Below are positions 49,914 through 62,979 of a stretch of DNA of 64,000 nucleotides, in pieces. Within the stretch, counting starts at the first letter, position 1; each line of letters begins with the position of its first letter. The notes beneath the pieces were generated by a model. That model had not been told where the DNA came from. It saw only the letters and a program-made list of their open reading frames with translations, and searched no databases. The translations under genes and the position numbers were made by a program. This DNA is from Marsupella aquatica (Eukaryota > Plantae > Marchantiophyta): NCBI GenBank assembly GCA_973895155.1, contig OZ316892.1:18590357-18654356 (forward strand), given 5' to 3'.

Positions 49914-49960
49914 ACTCCTGCTGGTTGGCAGCAAAAGGGGTTCAATTCCCCTTGGGAGTA
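49914..49960 (+). ncRNA. tRNA-like (mascRNA-like) structure downstream of the KolX-like ORF
   Basis: Acceptor ACTCCT/GGGAGT (6 bp) stacked on AAGGGG-TTCAATT-CCCCTT (6 bp). D-like arm GCTG-GTTGG-CAGC; discriminator A. Confidence 0.6.
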
Positions 49961-50149
49961 CATGGCTATGGGTTAGACATGGGTTAGAGTACCACAATTG
50001 CAATTTTTCTAGGAGGAGAACTCTTGTTTGAAATATTGTGCATCACAATTGCACCTGTTACAGGGAGACAACTCTTGCTTTTGTTTGGCAGCATGAAAAG
50101 ATCAATTCCCTTCAGATGTTGACATATTCAATGAAACCAAAATGAGACA

Positions 50150-50530
50150 AGGTTGTCAAAGGGACCCAAATGATACTACCTCTCAAAGCGGCCCAGAAAT
50201 GCCATATGTCAACCACAAACTTTACTCATTCCCTCACTTTGGTGCTCCACTTCTAAACTTTTCTCATTCCATCACTAGGTTGGCAAAGGGACCCAGATGA
50301 TTACTACCTCTCAAAGCTGCCCAAAAATGCCATATGTCATTCAATAACCACAAACTTTACTCATTCCCTCGCTTGGTGCTCCACTTCTAAACTTTTCTCA
50401 TTCCCTCACTTGTTGCCCAGGTTATAAGACTGTCATTCAATAACCACAAACTTTACTCATTCCCTTGCTTGGTGCTCCACTTCTAAACTTTTCTCATTCC
50501 CTCACTTGGTGCCCAGGTTATAAGACTGTT
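50150..50530. repeat. Short direct repeats between the convergent Kolobok genes
   Basis: Three copies of aaccacaaactttactcattccct..cttggtgctccacttctaaacttttctcattcc. Confidence 0.85.
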
Positions 50531-51024
50531 TGGGCGTGGTATGAAAAAAATTGACGAAAAACATAATTTATAAAAGTTTGAAATTTTGGCATAGCATTCC
50601 AAGTTGATTGTAATAGGGTACCCCCAAGTCCGGATTGCTAACACTATCCATGCAAAAAGGATGAAATACAAGTGGTGCCAGGTCTCAGCCCTCCTCAAGG
50701 AAATCACCCCTGCAATGGTAAACAATAAAATTAGCATTGAGGTACACAAAATGACAAATTTTCACACTACAATGAATTGTTTCCAGAAAGAATAAGTCAC
50801 AATTTTCACTCACATGAGGTATGTTAGCCGAGATCATATATGGAGGTGTTACTCCATATGTACGCTGATCTTATAGAGAGAAAGTACTTGGGTGGTAATG
50901 TCTGAGCATCTAGGATGACATGAAATCATCCTGCAAAAAAACAATTTGTAATTAGAATTACCTCAAACATACCCTATCCTTACATTTTATGCTTGCAATC
51001 ATATTTATGGAGGAGTGTCTTACC

Positions 51025-54000
51025 TCATGGACTTGTCACACCATAAATGCGTTCACTTGTTGTGTCCTTCCAACTAGTGGTGCGGTCCACCAATACTCGT
51101 GTTCGAGGAGGACGCTCTCTGACACTTGTATTCACAGGTTTGCGATCATATACCTTCCAAACATGTCTTCTTATATTCTCGTTCCAATCCATGGCAGCAC
51201 AACACAAACGGGCCTCATGGCTTGCCAAAAAATGAATACGCTTGGTGGCATACTTGCCCATGACGGAATGGTAGGTCTCTGACATGAAATTCTCCCGGGC
51301 CATGGTATAAAACCTCATCTTCGCAAGAGTAATGTATTTTTTCATGAACTTTTGCATAGCCTTGTGAGTCTCCCCACCTACATGCACAAAGTACAAAAAT
51401 TCAATAAAAAAGTCATGCATGGAAGTTCAATCATGCTAACATGTGACATAAGTCACAAAAGGAGGTCACAAATTAAATTACTTACCTCTTGCATAGTAAT
51501 GGTCAAGCTGGATAGCTTCTGCTTCCTCAAGATGCTGACAAGGTCTGTCAGATAATCTCGCACATAAACTATGATCCCCGGCCCAATGATCACCACAATT
51601 GCTCAACGCGAAGGCCAGAGATGCAGCGTCCCCCCCACTGCATATTGAACATTCTATAGTCAATTAGGGTAAAATAAACCCAAACCAAACCAACATTAGT
51701 ATTTACACATTATATCAAATTGAAAAGTCACCAAACATGAACATTGTAAATACCTGCTCTTACATCGTCGACAACATACATAAAACCAGGTCTTGAACTT
51801 TGTGGCAATGTTGTGCTGAGACAACTCTGGGTACTTGAGACCATGTGTCGGAATATGTACTAGTTCACCTAGAGGCAATCCACGCATGTCGCCAACTTTG
51901 TGAACAAGTGCTTCCTTCCTAAGGGTTGAATACCCTCTCACTCCCCGTGCCTTGAGCCAATCCTGTAATCTCTTAGCGGTTACTGCTTGCAACTCAGAAC
52001 GGGATGCGGCAGTATCAATGTCAATAGTCACAGTATATGTGGCGCTCACCATCTTCTCCACAAACTTCTTGACAAGGTTTTTGGCCTTGTGCCACAAGTC
52101 CTTCTGGTTCCTAATCTCCATGTCCTCCACAATATTATCAATAGTGGCTTTGTCATCATGGATAACCTCTATGATAGAAATGCCAGCCTCTCTCAGATTA
52201 TCCAATGCCCTCTGAGTACCCTTGTCCTCCATGTGCCAAGCATTTCTCTCCTCTCTTCTAGTAATTGTGACCATCTCAATTACCCTATTATCTTCCATGC
52301 TCAAAATAGAGGTGGTACCATGATAATCGCTCCGAGAAGAATCCCATCGAGTATCCAAATACACTACTAACCCAGGGTCTGTCATAACCAATGCATATAG
52401 TAACTATTAGAATCAAAACTCATCATGACCCAATAAGACTTTGATCCTTGAGTAACTAGAGAAAGTGAAAGAGGGTAAAATAAATTACTTACTAGTCTCA
52501 GTTGCTCGCCTCTGCTGAATAGTATCCCTCAATTGCTGCCACATATGCCTTTTGTTTTCTTCCCATTGCTGTCTCACAACAGCTATCCATCCACCCCAAG
52601 GACGACCACGACCACTCTGAAAGTCATGCCAATGAGCTGCAGTGGGGACATGTAATCCAAGATGCGCGGCAACAGCAGCCAAGGAGGTATAGGTGAGGCC
52701 AGCACAAAGGGTGGAATGATACAACTGAGGGGTAATCATAGGCGAACTCCTCCCAGGCTCATTGTCACCCGTAACAAAAGTCCAGCCATGTCCATCCTCT
52801 CCACAACCAATATGAATAGACCACAACTGATGCAACTCGGACACTCGCTCAACTCTTGGGATCCGAGGACATGCATGTATATGACACCGGGGTAGTAGCC
52901 TGTCAACAAAAGTACCCAACAAGTTGCGATCAAAAAATGCTACCCTGGCTGGTACACGAGGGCTCGTTCTACGAGTCGGGAGTGCGTCGGGAGGTCATAA
53001 CGGCTGAGAGTCAGGTGCGTGAGATGCCTGAGAGTCTGCAACCCGGGATGGCTGATCATTGGCCTCTGGAGATGGCTGAGGGTCTACATCTGGAGAAGGT
53101 CGAGACGTCTGGGAATCGGGGACGATGAACAACTCCTGTAAAAAATGTCACGGATATGAATTAAAGATTGTGTCTCAACAATTGCAAAATTGTAATGGGA
53201 AGCCTTGGATAATGTGAAAGAGCTCAAACCTGGAAGGTATCCCCATCCCCAATGTGGTAAGCTCCTAAAGCTGCAACAACATCTGGATCATCATCCCGAT
53301 ACATGGATTCATCTTCTGCATCTGATCCATATTGCTCTGCAATATTCTCGTCTAAGACAACATCGTCTTCGAGTAGTGCATCCTGGAAGACAATGTTGGG
53401 ATTATACAAAAATAAATACTCCACAAATATGGTTACAATAAATCCTAAGGTAGAGTTTGACCAATAATTATTGACCATATTGGTGGAGGGTTATTGAAGC
53501 CAATTTTCTTCAATAAACACAAACCTGACAATTACAATACAGCACGAGCTTCAATGAAGGGTTTATATATTCAAATATAAATATATGTGCTTGTTTATTA
53601 TGACCCTTGAGTACCCTAATACCTGACCTAATCAGGTTTACTAAATTTTTGTTTCAAATAGAAATTACAATACAGTACGAGCTTCAATGAACCTGGGTTT
53701 ATATATTCAAATATAAATACATGTGCTTGTTTATTATGACCCTTGAGTACCCTAATACCTGACCTAATCAGGTTTACTAAATTTTTGTTTCAAATAGAAA
53801 TTACAATACAGCACGAGCTTCAATGAAGGGTTTATATATTCAAATATAAATACATGTGCTTGTTTATTATGACCCTTGAGTACCCTAATACCTGACCTAA
53901 TCAGGTTTACTAAATTTTTGCTTCAAATAGAAATTACAATACAGCACGAGCTTCAATGAACCTGGGTTTATATATTCAAATATAAATACATGTGCTTGTT

Positions 54001-54763
54001 TATTATGACCCTTGAGTACCCTAATACCTGACCTAATCAGGTTTACTAAATTTTTGTTTCAAATAGAAATTACAATACAGCACGAGCTTCAATGAAGGGT
54101 TTATATATTCAAATATAAATACATGTGCTTGTTTATTATGACCCTTGAGTACCCTAATACCTGACCTAATCAGGTTTACTAAATTTTTGCTTCAAATAGA
54201 AATTACAATACAGCACGAGCTTCAATGAAGGGTTTATATATTCAAATATAAATAATTATGCTTCTTGGTACAATGGGAGACTTTCATTTTCCTTCAGATG
54301 TGATTTATTATTTATGTTTCAAATAAGAAGCATAGTACATGATAAGCCTAAATCAATGGGTTTATACAAAGGGCCAAAATGAATTGCTAAAATGGGCAAA
54401 TATTGAGTAAATGAAAGGAGGTTCCCACCTGAAGTGATGACTGTGAAGCCTGACCCATGTGCTGACCACTTGTGGGCGAAGGCATAGCCTCGGGTGGAAT
54501 TGGAGCGGCCTCAGCTGCTCGCCATACCCGAAGCTCCTGAACTATAGGCCGTGCACGATCAAGTAACCATGTGACCACAGTAGAGTGGGTCGTATCCTGT
54601 CCAAGTAGAGCTCTAAGGTCCTCCCACTCATCCCACCGGTCAAGTGGGACCCGGATTTCGGGCTTGGCATCCGGTCTCCGCCTCTTCTTGTAATCGATGT
54701 CATCACTCGGATATCGCTGCCTTGGTGGACCACCACCCTGTGGGGGTCGTTTCCGCCTCCCAT
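51025..54763 (-). CDS. Kolobok-type DDE transposase, multi-exon, with a SAP/HeH-like insertion (5' exons tentative)
   Basis: Exons ~53136-52493, 52378-51754, ~51653-51486 and 51377-51025 have GT-AG borders. Motifs: LDTRWDS (D), MEDKG, IHDD (D), DLWHKAKNL, DHWAGDH..C, MSETYHS..GKYATKR.HF...AR....DWNEN (E). Confidence 0.8.
53531..54254. repeat. Near-perfect tandem array, ~5.4 units alternating 133/136 bp
   Basis: Unit starts (attacaatacag) at 53531, 53664, 53800, 53933, 54069 and 54202; units alternate gaaggg and gaacctggg. Confidence 0.95.
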
Positions 54764-56069
54764 CCGGAAGAGGGGGGGGGGTGACCCGGCATACTCATAC
54801 TAGCCTATCCTAAAACCTACACTAAAAAAAAACCTATAAGCTCTAAACGGAGAACGGAGACCGGATGCCAAGTCCAACCCGGCAAGCAACTACAAAGTTG
54901 CACCAAAAAACCTCAAGTTGAACACAAGTAGAAAGGTAGTAAGAGGTGAGAATAAAAATTTGGGGAGGACAATGAGGCCTGAATGCAAGCACACAGGCTC
55001 TTTGCCCCCTGCCAGCCCTCTACCCCTCTTCCCCATTGGCTACATCCCCTTAGATCCTGGTCGTCCAAAGCATTTTTTTTAGTAACCCTAACACGTTCCC
55101 TAACCAGCCGCCGCGCTAACTCACGTTGCAGAATTTTTTCCGCCACCCACATAGGGCAGCGCACACTGCAGCTGCCAAAAAGGTACGTACAAGTCACACA
55201 GAGGACACTTGCGAGTTTTGAACCTGAGACCTCAAGTACACAGGCAGGAGTTTGAACCGAAATGCTAGGGGGAAATCTTCGAAAATAGCAAAGCAAAAAC
55301 TATAACTAAACTAATGAAGGCCGCTCAGGCCCACAAGGGCAGGGCCGGGGCCCTCTTTGGCCGGATGTCCCACACAACAAAGGCCTGTGCTGCCCGACCA
55401 TATGAGAGCCTGGCCGCACCCGCGAAGGAGCCCTGCCACAGGCATTTTCCGCAGGCCAGATGTCCCCTGCCCGACCTGCCCGAAACTTTTCAAATTTGAA
55501 TTTGTGGCTCTGCCAATCAGAACACTGAATTTGTTTTTCACAATTTTCTTTCTTATTTTTTATCATTTTTAATCCTGGTTTTTTTGTATACGTAGATCTT
55601 GAAGAGATCTTGAATTTGAACCGTGGATCGGGTCATTTGGTGGACGGATAAGATTTTTGCAAGCTTCGATCGAAGGGCTGGCGACGGGCGCCCGTCCGCA
55701 AATGCGAATGTCGTGTTTTTGTTATGTCTACTCCGGGTCACCCGGAGTACTTGTAGTACGATTTGTGGTTTAAAGAAACAAATGTTGAGACCAAACAAAC
55801 AACCGGCTCCCTTACGCAAACTCCACAACCTCTTCAAGAAGCTATCATCGACCTTCCGCAACAAGAATCATTTCCTCCCTGCTTTCACTGCCTCCACAAG
55901 CTTCCATAGCAATCGCCTTCCATGATGATCGGGGCCCCAGTGCGCAAATGCCTTCCGCATCCACCTTGCGCAGCTTGTTGCCGATCGTAGCTCCTCACCC
56001 ACAGCTCGTGACCCGCAGCTTGTCGCTCGACTGTTTCTGATTGTGTCCGGCTCTTCCTTCTGCAGCTCT

Positions 56070-56275
56070 TCCCTTCCGCACCTCCAACCTCACGCAACTC
56101 CTCCCCTCCCGCAACTCCAACCTGTGCTCCTGGGGCAACTCCAACCTGTGCGCGGAAGAGTGTTGCAGCTCCTCCCCTCCCGCAACTCCACCCTGTGCTA
56201 GTCTAGCAAATGTGCTCGGAAGAGTGTCGCAGCTCCTCCCCTCCCGCAACTCCAACCTATGCTCCCGGGGCAAAT
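56070..56275. repeat. Short C-rich repeats ctcccctcccgcaactccaacctgtgc
   Basis: Three to four copies; related ctctccccttccgcaagc repeats lie at 47770-47920, on the other side of the Kolobok insertion. Confidence 0.75.
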
Positions 56276-57176
56276 GTGTTCGGAAGAGTGTCGAAGCTTG
56301 GTGGAGGCAATGCACAACGCTGCGCAACCCTAAGCCCTTGCAATGTGCACACAAGGTGCCAAGAAAAGAGCATATCGAGCATTGCCCTCTCCGTTGATGT
56401 TTTTTCAGGAAAAAGGGCTCCTGTTGGTACGCGAGAACACTTGAGGAGGAAAAACCTAATGCTGGACGCCTAAACCCCGTAAAAGTAAGGTATTTCTCCA
56501 GATGGGGATGGTGGATATTATACGTGGGTCATGAATTAGGTTCTATTCTGACAATCTCTCATATGTCTGGACCCCCCATAAGGCCCTAGGGAAGTTGAGA
56601 CTAGGTTAATAACAATAATGTCGCAACCCCCCCATAAGGTCATGGCTGTTTGTGTAGGTGCCAACAAGAATGTTAAGGACCAATGTTATATGTAAAAAAT
56701 CATGCCCGCGACATAAAAGGTCCTTTTGGACCAAGGGAAGACTACATATGAGGCTATGTTGTCTAAGAGTTTTTGAGAGCATTACACCAAAGCATTAACA
56801 AGTGAGCCTTCCCATGACTATATGACGTCCAATATGCCAACATTAATGGCTTCCAATATGACAGCGTGAGTGACCCCACGTTTAGTCCTCAGATTGAAGC
56901 ACCATTTAATTCACAAATGACCCAATGAACTCCCTTGTACCTCCAAAGAGAACCCCCCAATAGCCTCAAAAGTAAAGACCACATTTCCAGTCATTTGGTA
57001 CTTCTGACCTCTAGTATGACAACCAAGATTACCCTAATTTGAGGTGTTTTCATTAATGACACACCATGAGGGACCTCTCTAATGACCACATATGCAGTCA
57101 ATTGCTCCAAATGACCTCCAACTGACTACCAAAATGAACCTTATTGTAGTCATTGACATTAATGACACACATTATG

Positions 57177-57814
57177 GGCCTCATTCACAATTGGGTGTAC
57201 CTCGCAGGAACCACTTTTAGGACTCAAAAATATGCTTTTTTAGTGAAAAATGACTTTCATAACATGAAAAAAGGTTCATCATGATTTTATCTCAAGACAT
57301 TTAAGTCTAATTTTTTCACAATACTATTTTACATGGTGTAACCTACCTCACCATGTAGATACATCAAGTTTTCAACTGTTTTAAGGGATCCTGTTATTGA
57401 TGGCCCTAAATAAGCCAAAATTACTGATTATTTTTGTCCTGTACATAAAGGTTTAGTGTGTGTCACTATTTAAGTCTTGAAATATAAGATTATGCTATTA
57501 GTATGCATGCTTTGGTAAAATATTATTGTCTAAAATGCATTTTTTAGAGTCCTTTTGAGTCCTGAAATGATGTGACCCGTTGCGTGACAAGTCCTTTTAT
57601 CAATCTTTGAAGGACATATAAGGAGAGCTTCAAAGTCTCAAATGCTAGATAGTTTAATGAATGTTACCAACATATAGGATGTTTATTAAGTATAGTACAT
57701 CAATTTTTCTATATCATCTCATTACACCCTAAAAATGATATCCTAAAGCATAATAAACTATGGTCACTTTTGAGTGTGACGTTCCTTTTGGGTCCTCCAA
57801 TTGTGAATGAGGCC
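57177..57814. mobile_element. MITE copy 1, 638 bp, 18-bp perfect TIR, TSD TATG
   Basis: tatg|GGCCTCATTCACAATTGG ... CCAATTGTGAATGAGGCC|tatg. Confidence 0.9.
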
Positions 57815-59642
57815 TATGTGAAAATGACCCAATGAAGAGTATACTACCTCTCGGAGTGCCCCTTTAAAATTCCTTTGGGAATTAATAGAATATATCCAAA
57901 ATCCAAATATCGGCACAAACATGACATAGTTATATAGAAGGACATAGTCTTCCACTAGTATTGCACTATATACCTCTTGGAGAGACAAAAACAATTTTTG
58001 TATGCATGCCTTAGGATGGTATGCATGCATGGTGACACTTTTGGCAAATCACTCCAAAGTTGTATGACTTGGGAGTGATTTCCCCAAGGTTGCATCATCC
58101 CTTAAGTAATTGCAAAAACATGGCTCCAAAGTGCTCATGGTGCAACTAGTGGTTGGAGAATAGTGGGTATAGTACCCCGCACCTTGTGGAGAGGTTGCCA
58201 CCTTCATGTAGAGCCCCATGGCACACTAGGGCCACCTTAAGCTCCTAGACCCAAAAGGGTCATTTCTGATGGTCCGTAATGACACCATGAGGGACCTCTA
58301 TAATGACCCCATATGGAGTCATTTGGCACAAATGACTTCCAAAAGGACTGCCAAAATGACCCTTACTGCAGTCTTTGGCATTAATGACACACTATTCCTC
58401 CAAAATGACCCAATGAAGATTACAACACCTACTCACAATGCCCCGACACTATTCATATGCAAAATGGAGTATTCCCCATCCAAACACCGGCACAAACATG
58501 ACACAATTACATCACAAGATGACAACCTTCCATTGGTGTTGCGCTACTTCTTGGAGAGACAAAAAATGGCTCCATTTGCGCTTGGATACAGTGGTATGCA
58601 TCCATGGTGACACTTTTGGCAAATCACTCCAAAGTTGTATGACTTGGGAGTGATTTCCCCAAGGTGCATCATGCCTTAAGTAAATGCAAAACCATGTGTC
58701 CAAAGTGTTCATGGCACAACTAGTGGTTGGATGATGATGAGTAGTGTCCCGCACCTAGTGGAGGGGGTTCTCACCTCTATGTGGGGCCCCATGGCACTCT
58801 AGGGCCCACCTCCAGCCCCTAGCCCCAAACTGGTCATTTGTGCTTCTGCTTAATGATTGCACAAGGGACCCCTCAAATGACCACAAATCCAGTCATTTGA
58901 CTTATGTGACAGCCCATATGACAGATTTAATGACCCTACTTGTAGTCATTGGTATTTATGACACCAATTTTTTCAGAAATGACTCAATGAAGATTACACT
59001 ACCTTCTTGAGTGCCCCATCACTATTCATTTGCAAAATAGAATATTCCCCATCCAAACACCGGCACAAACATGACACAATTACATGGAAGGACAACAGCC
59101 TTGCACTACTTCTTGCAGAGACAAAAAAAATGGCTTCATTTCCTTTAGATAAGATGGTATGCATCAGTGGTGACACTTTTGGCAAATCACTCCAAAGTCG
59201 TACGACTTGGGAGTGATTTCCCCAAGATTATATCATCCCTTAAGTAAACACAAAAACATGGCTCCAAACTGCTAATGGTGCAACTAGTGGTTGGAGAATA
59301 GTAATTATAGTATTTGACACCTAGTGGAGGGGTTGCGAGCTCTATGTGGTGCCACATGGCACTCTAGGGCCCACCTCCAGCCCTTAGCTCCAAATTGGTC
59401 ATTCATGCTTGTCTTCAATGACTGCACTAGAGACCCCTCAAATGACAACAAGTCCAGTCATTTGAATTATATGACATCCCATATGACCAATTCAATGACC
59501 CTACTTGTGGTCATTGGCACTTATGACATGACTTTTTTGAAAAATGACCCAAAGAAGGTCCTAGTACCGCCAGAGAGAGCCCGCTCTACATTCCTTGCAA
59601 AAATGGAATAATCGTATACCTTTAAACATCAGATACATCATA

Positions 59643-60280
59643 GGCCTCATTCACAATTGGGTGTACCTCTCAGGAACCACTTTCAGGACTCAAAAACATG
59701 TTTTTTTAGTGAAAAATGACTTTCGTAACATGGAAAAAGTTTCATCATGATTTTATCTCAAGACATTTAAGTCTAATTTTTTCACAAGACTATTTTACAT
59801 GGTGTAACCTACCTCATCATGTAGATAAATCAAGTTTTTAACTTTTTTAAGGGATCCTATTATTGATGGCCCTAAATAAGGCAAAATTACTTATTATTTT
59901 TGTCCTGTACATAAAGGTTTAGTGTGTGTCAATATTTGAGTTTTAAAATATAAGATTATTCTATTAGTATGCATGCCTTGGTAAAATTTTATTGTCTAAA
60001 ATGCATTTTTTAGAGTCCTTTTGAGTCCTGAAATGATGTGACTCGTTGCGTGACAAGTCCTTTTATCGATCTTTGAAGGACATATAAGGAAAGCTTCAAA
60101 GTCTCAAATGCTAGATAGTTTAATTAATGTTACCAACCTACAGGATGTTTATTAAGTATAGTACATCAAATCTTGCATATCATCTCATTACACCTTACAA
60201 ATGATGTCCTAAAGCATAATAAACTATGGTCACTTGTGAGTGTGTCGTTCCTTTTGGGTCCTCCAATTGTGAATGAGGCC
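59643..60280. mobile_element. MITE copy 2, 638 bp, same TIR, TSD CATA
   Basis: cata|GGCCTCATTCACAATTGG ... CCAATTGTGAATGAGGCC|cata; internal sequence highly similar to copy 1. Confidence 0.9.
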
Positions 60281-62979
60281 CATAGAGGGAAGCACCACTG
60301 CCACACCCATTCCATTGGTGTTGCGCTACCTCTTGGAGAGACAAAAAAGGGCTTCATTTGCGTTTGGAACAGTGGTATGCATCCATGGTGACACTTTTGG
60401 CAAATCACTCCAAAGTCATACGACTTGGGAGTGATTTCCCCAAAGGTGCATCATGCTTTAAGTAAACGCAAAAACATGTGTCCAAGGTGTTTATGTCGCA
60501 ACTAGTGGTTAGACAATGATGAGTATAGTGTCCCGCACACAGTGGAGGGGTTCTCACCTCTATGTGGGGCCACATGGCACTCTAGGGCCCACCTCCAGCC
60601 CCTAGCCCCAAACTGGTCATTTGTGCTTTTCCTTAATGACTACATAAGGGACCCCTCAAATGACCACAAATCCAGTCATTAGACTTATATGACTCTCCAT
60701 ATGACAGTTTTAATGACCCTGCTTTTAGTCATTGATATTTATGACGGGCCATTGCTCACATATGACCCAATAAAGGCCCTAGTACCTCCAACTAAAGCCA
60801 GCTTTAGATTCCTTGCAAGGTTGGAATATTCCTCTTCCCTAAACCCGCACCCACACCATACAGGGAAGCACGACTCCCCTGCCCATTCCATTGGTGCAAC
60901 ACCACCTCTTGGAGAACCAAAAAACAACTTTTATTTGCCTTTGGATGTGATGGTGTGCATGCATGGCAACACTTTTGGCAAATCACTCCAAAGTCATACG
61001 ACTTGGGAGTGATTTCCCCAAAGGTGCATCATGCCTTAAGTAAACGCAAAAACATGTGTCCAAAGTGTTTATGTCGCAACTAGTGGTTGGACAATGATGA
61101 GTATAGTGTCCCGCACCTCGTGGAGGGGTTCTCACCTCTATGTGGGACCACATGGCACTCTAGGGCTCACCTCCAGCCCCTAGCCCCAAACTGGTCATTT
61201 GTGCTTTTCCTTAATGACTACATAAGGGACCCCTCAAATGACCACAAATCCAGTCATTAGACTTATATGACTCTCCATATGACAGTTTTAATGACCCTGC
61301 TTTTAGTCATTGATATTTATGACGGGCCATTGCTCACATATGACCCAATAAAGGCCCTAGTACCTCCAACTAAAGCCAGCTTTAGATTCCTTGCAAGGTT
61401 GGAATATTCCTCTTCCCTATATCCGCACCCACACCATACTGAGAAGCACGACTCCCCTGCCCATTCCATTGGTGCAGCACCACCTCTTGGAGAACCCAAA
61501 AACAACTTTTATTTGCCTTTGTATGTGATGGTGTGCATGCATGGCAACACTTTTGGCAAATCACTCCAAAGTCATACGACTTGGGAGTGATTTCCCCAAA
61601 GGTGCATCGTGCCTTAAGGAAACACAAAAACATGTGTCCAAAGTGTTTATGTCGCAACTAGTGGTTAGACAATGATGAGTATAGTGTCCCGCACCTCGTG
61701 GAGGGGTTCTCACCTCTATGTGGGGCCCCATGGCACTCTAGGGCGCACCTCCAGCCCCTAGCCCCAAAATGGTCATTTGTGCTTTTCCTTAATGACTGCA
61801 TGAGGGACCCCTCAAATGACAATAATTCAGGTCATTCCGCTTATATGACATCCAATGTGACCATTTTAATGACCTTTCTTGTAGTAATTGGCATTTATGA
61901 CGGGCCATTGCTCACATATGACCCAATAAAGGCCCTAGTACCTCCAAAGAGAGCCAGCTTTAGAGTCCTTGCAAGGTTGGAATATTCCCAAACCCTAATC
62001 CCGCAGCCACACCATGCAAAGAAGCATGACTCCCCTGCCCATTCCATTCGTGCAGCACTACCTCTTGGAGAACCAAAAAACAGGTTTTATTTGCCTTTGG
62101 ATGTGATGGTATACATCCATGGTTGCACTTTTGGCAAATCACTCCAAAAGTCATACGACTTGGGAGTGATTTCCCCAAAGGTGCATCATGCCTTAAGGAA
62201 ACACAAAAACATGTGTCCAAAGTGTTTATGTTGCAACTAGTGGTTGGACAATGATGAGTATAGTGTCCCGCACCTAGTGGAGGGGTTCTCACCTCGATGT
62301 GGGGCCCATGGCACTCTAGGGCCCACCTCAAGCCCCTAGCCCCAAAATGGTCATTTGTGCTTTTCCTTAATGACTGCATGAGGGACCCCTCAAATGACAA
62401 TAATTCAGGTCATTCCGCTTATATGACATCCAATGTGACCATTTTAATGACCTTTCTTGTAGTAATTGGCATTTATGACGGGCCATTGCTCACATATGAC
62501 CCAATAAAGGCCCTAGTACCTCCAAAGAGAGCCAACTTTAGATTCCTTGCAAGGTTGGAATATTCCTCTTCCCTAAACCTGCACCCACACCATACTGAGA
62601 AGCATGACTCCCCTGCCCATTCCATTGGGGCAGCACTACCTCTTGGAGAACCAAAAAACAACTTTTATTTGCCTTTGGATGTGATGGTATGCATGCATTT
62701 ATTTGCAAATTAAAATATTCCCCGTCCAAACACCGGCACAAACATGACACAATTACAACAAAGCATGACAACCTTCCATTGGTATTGCCCTACTTCTTGG
62801 AGAGACAAAAAGGTTTCATTTGCCCCATGGATACGATAGTATGCGCGCATCTATATATGATGACACTTCTGGAAAATCACTCCAAAGGTGTATGACTCTA
62901 CAATTATGATAGGTGTCTGGAATGACTATTGAGTATTTTAATCTTCATATCTCTTGGGTTCTTTAATGACTCTATAAGT

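Larger units (their letters stand above)
47934..55769 (-). mobile_element. Kolobok-like DNA transposon, 7,836 bp, TTAA target site duplication
   Basis: ttaa|ACCACAActcggggTACA ... TGTAgtacgatTTGTGGT|ttaa (14/18 TIR match). Contains a convergent DDE transposase and a KolX-like ORF. Confidence 0.8.
56800..62900. repeat. ~578-bp satellite-like tandem array (~9-10 units) in the CACTA subterminal region
   Basis: Marker cttttggcaaatcactccaaa at 58038, 58613, 59176, 60394, 60972, 61550 and 62128 (spacings 575, 563, 1218 including a MITE, 578, 578, 578). Confidence 0.92.

Noticed and set aside
53531-54254. CRISPR-like array
   Set aside because: Units are repeated in full with no unique spacers, in eukaryotic context with no cas genes.
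58269-62895. Repeated 60-180-aa ORFs in the satellite
   Set aside because: By-products of the 578-bp unit; frames are not conserved between units and no domain is recognisable.
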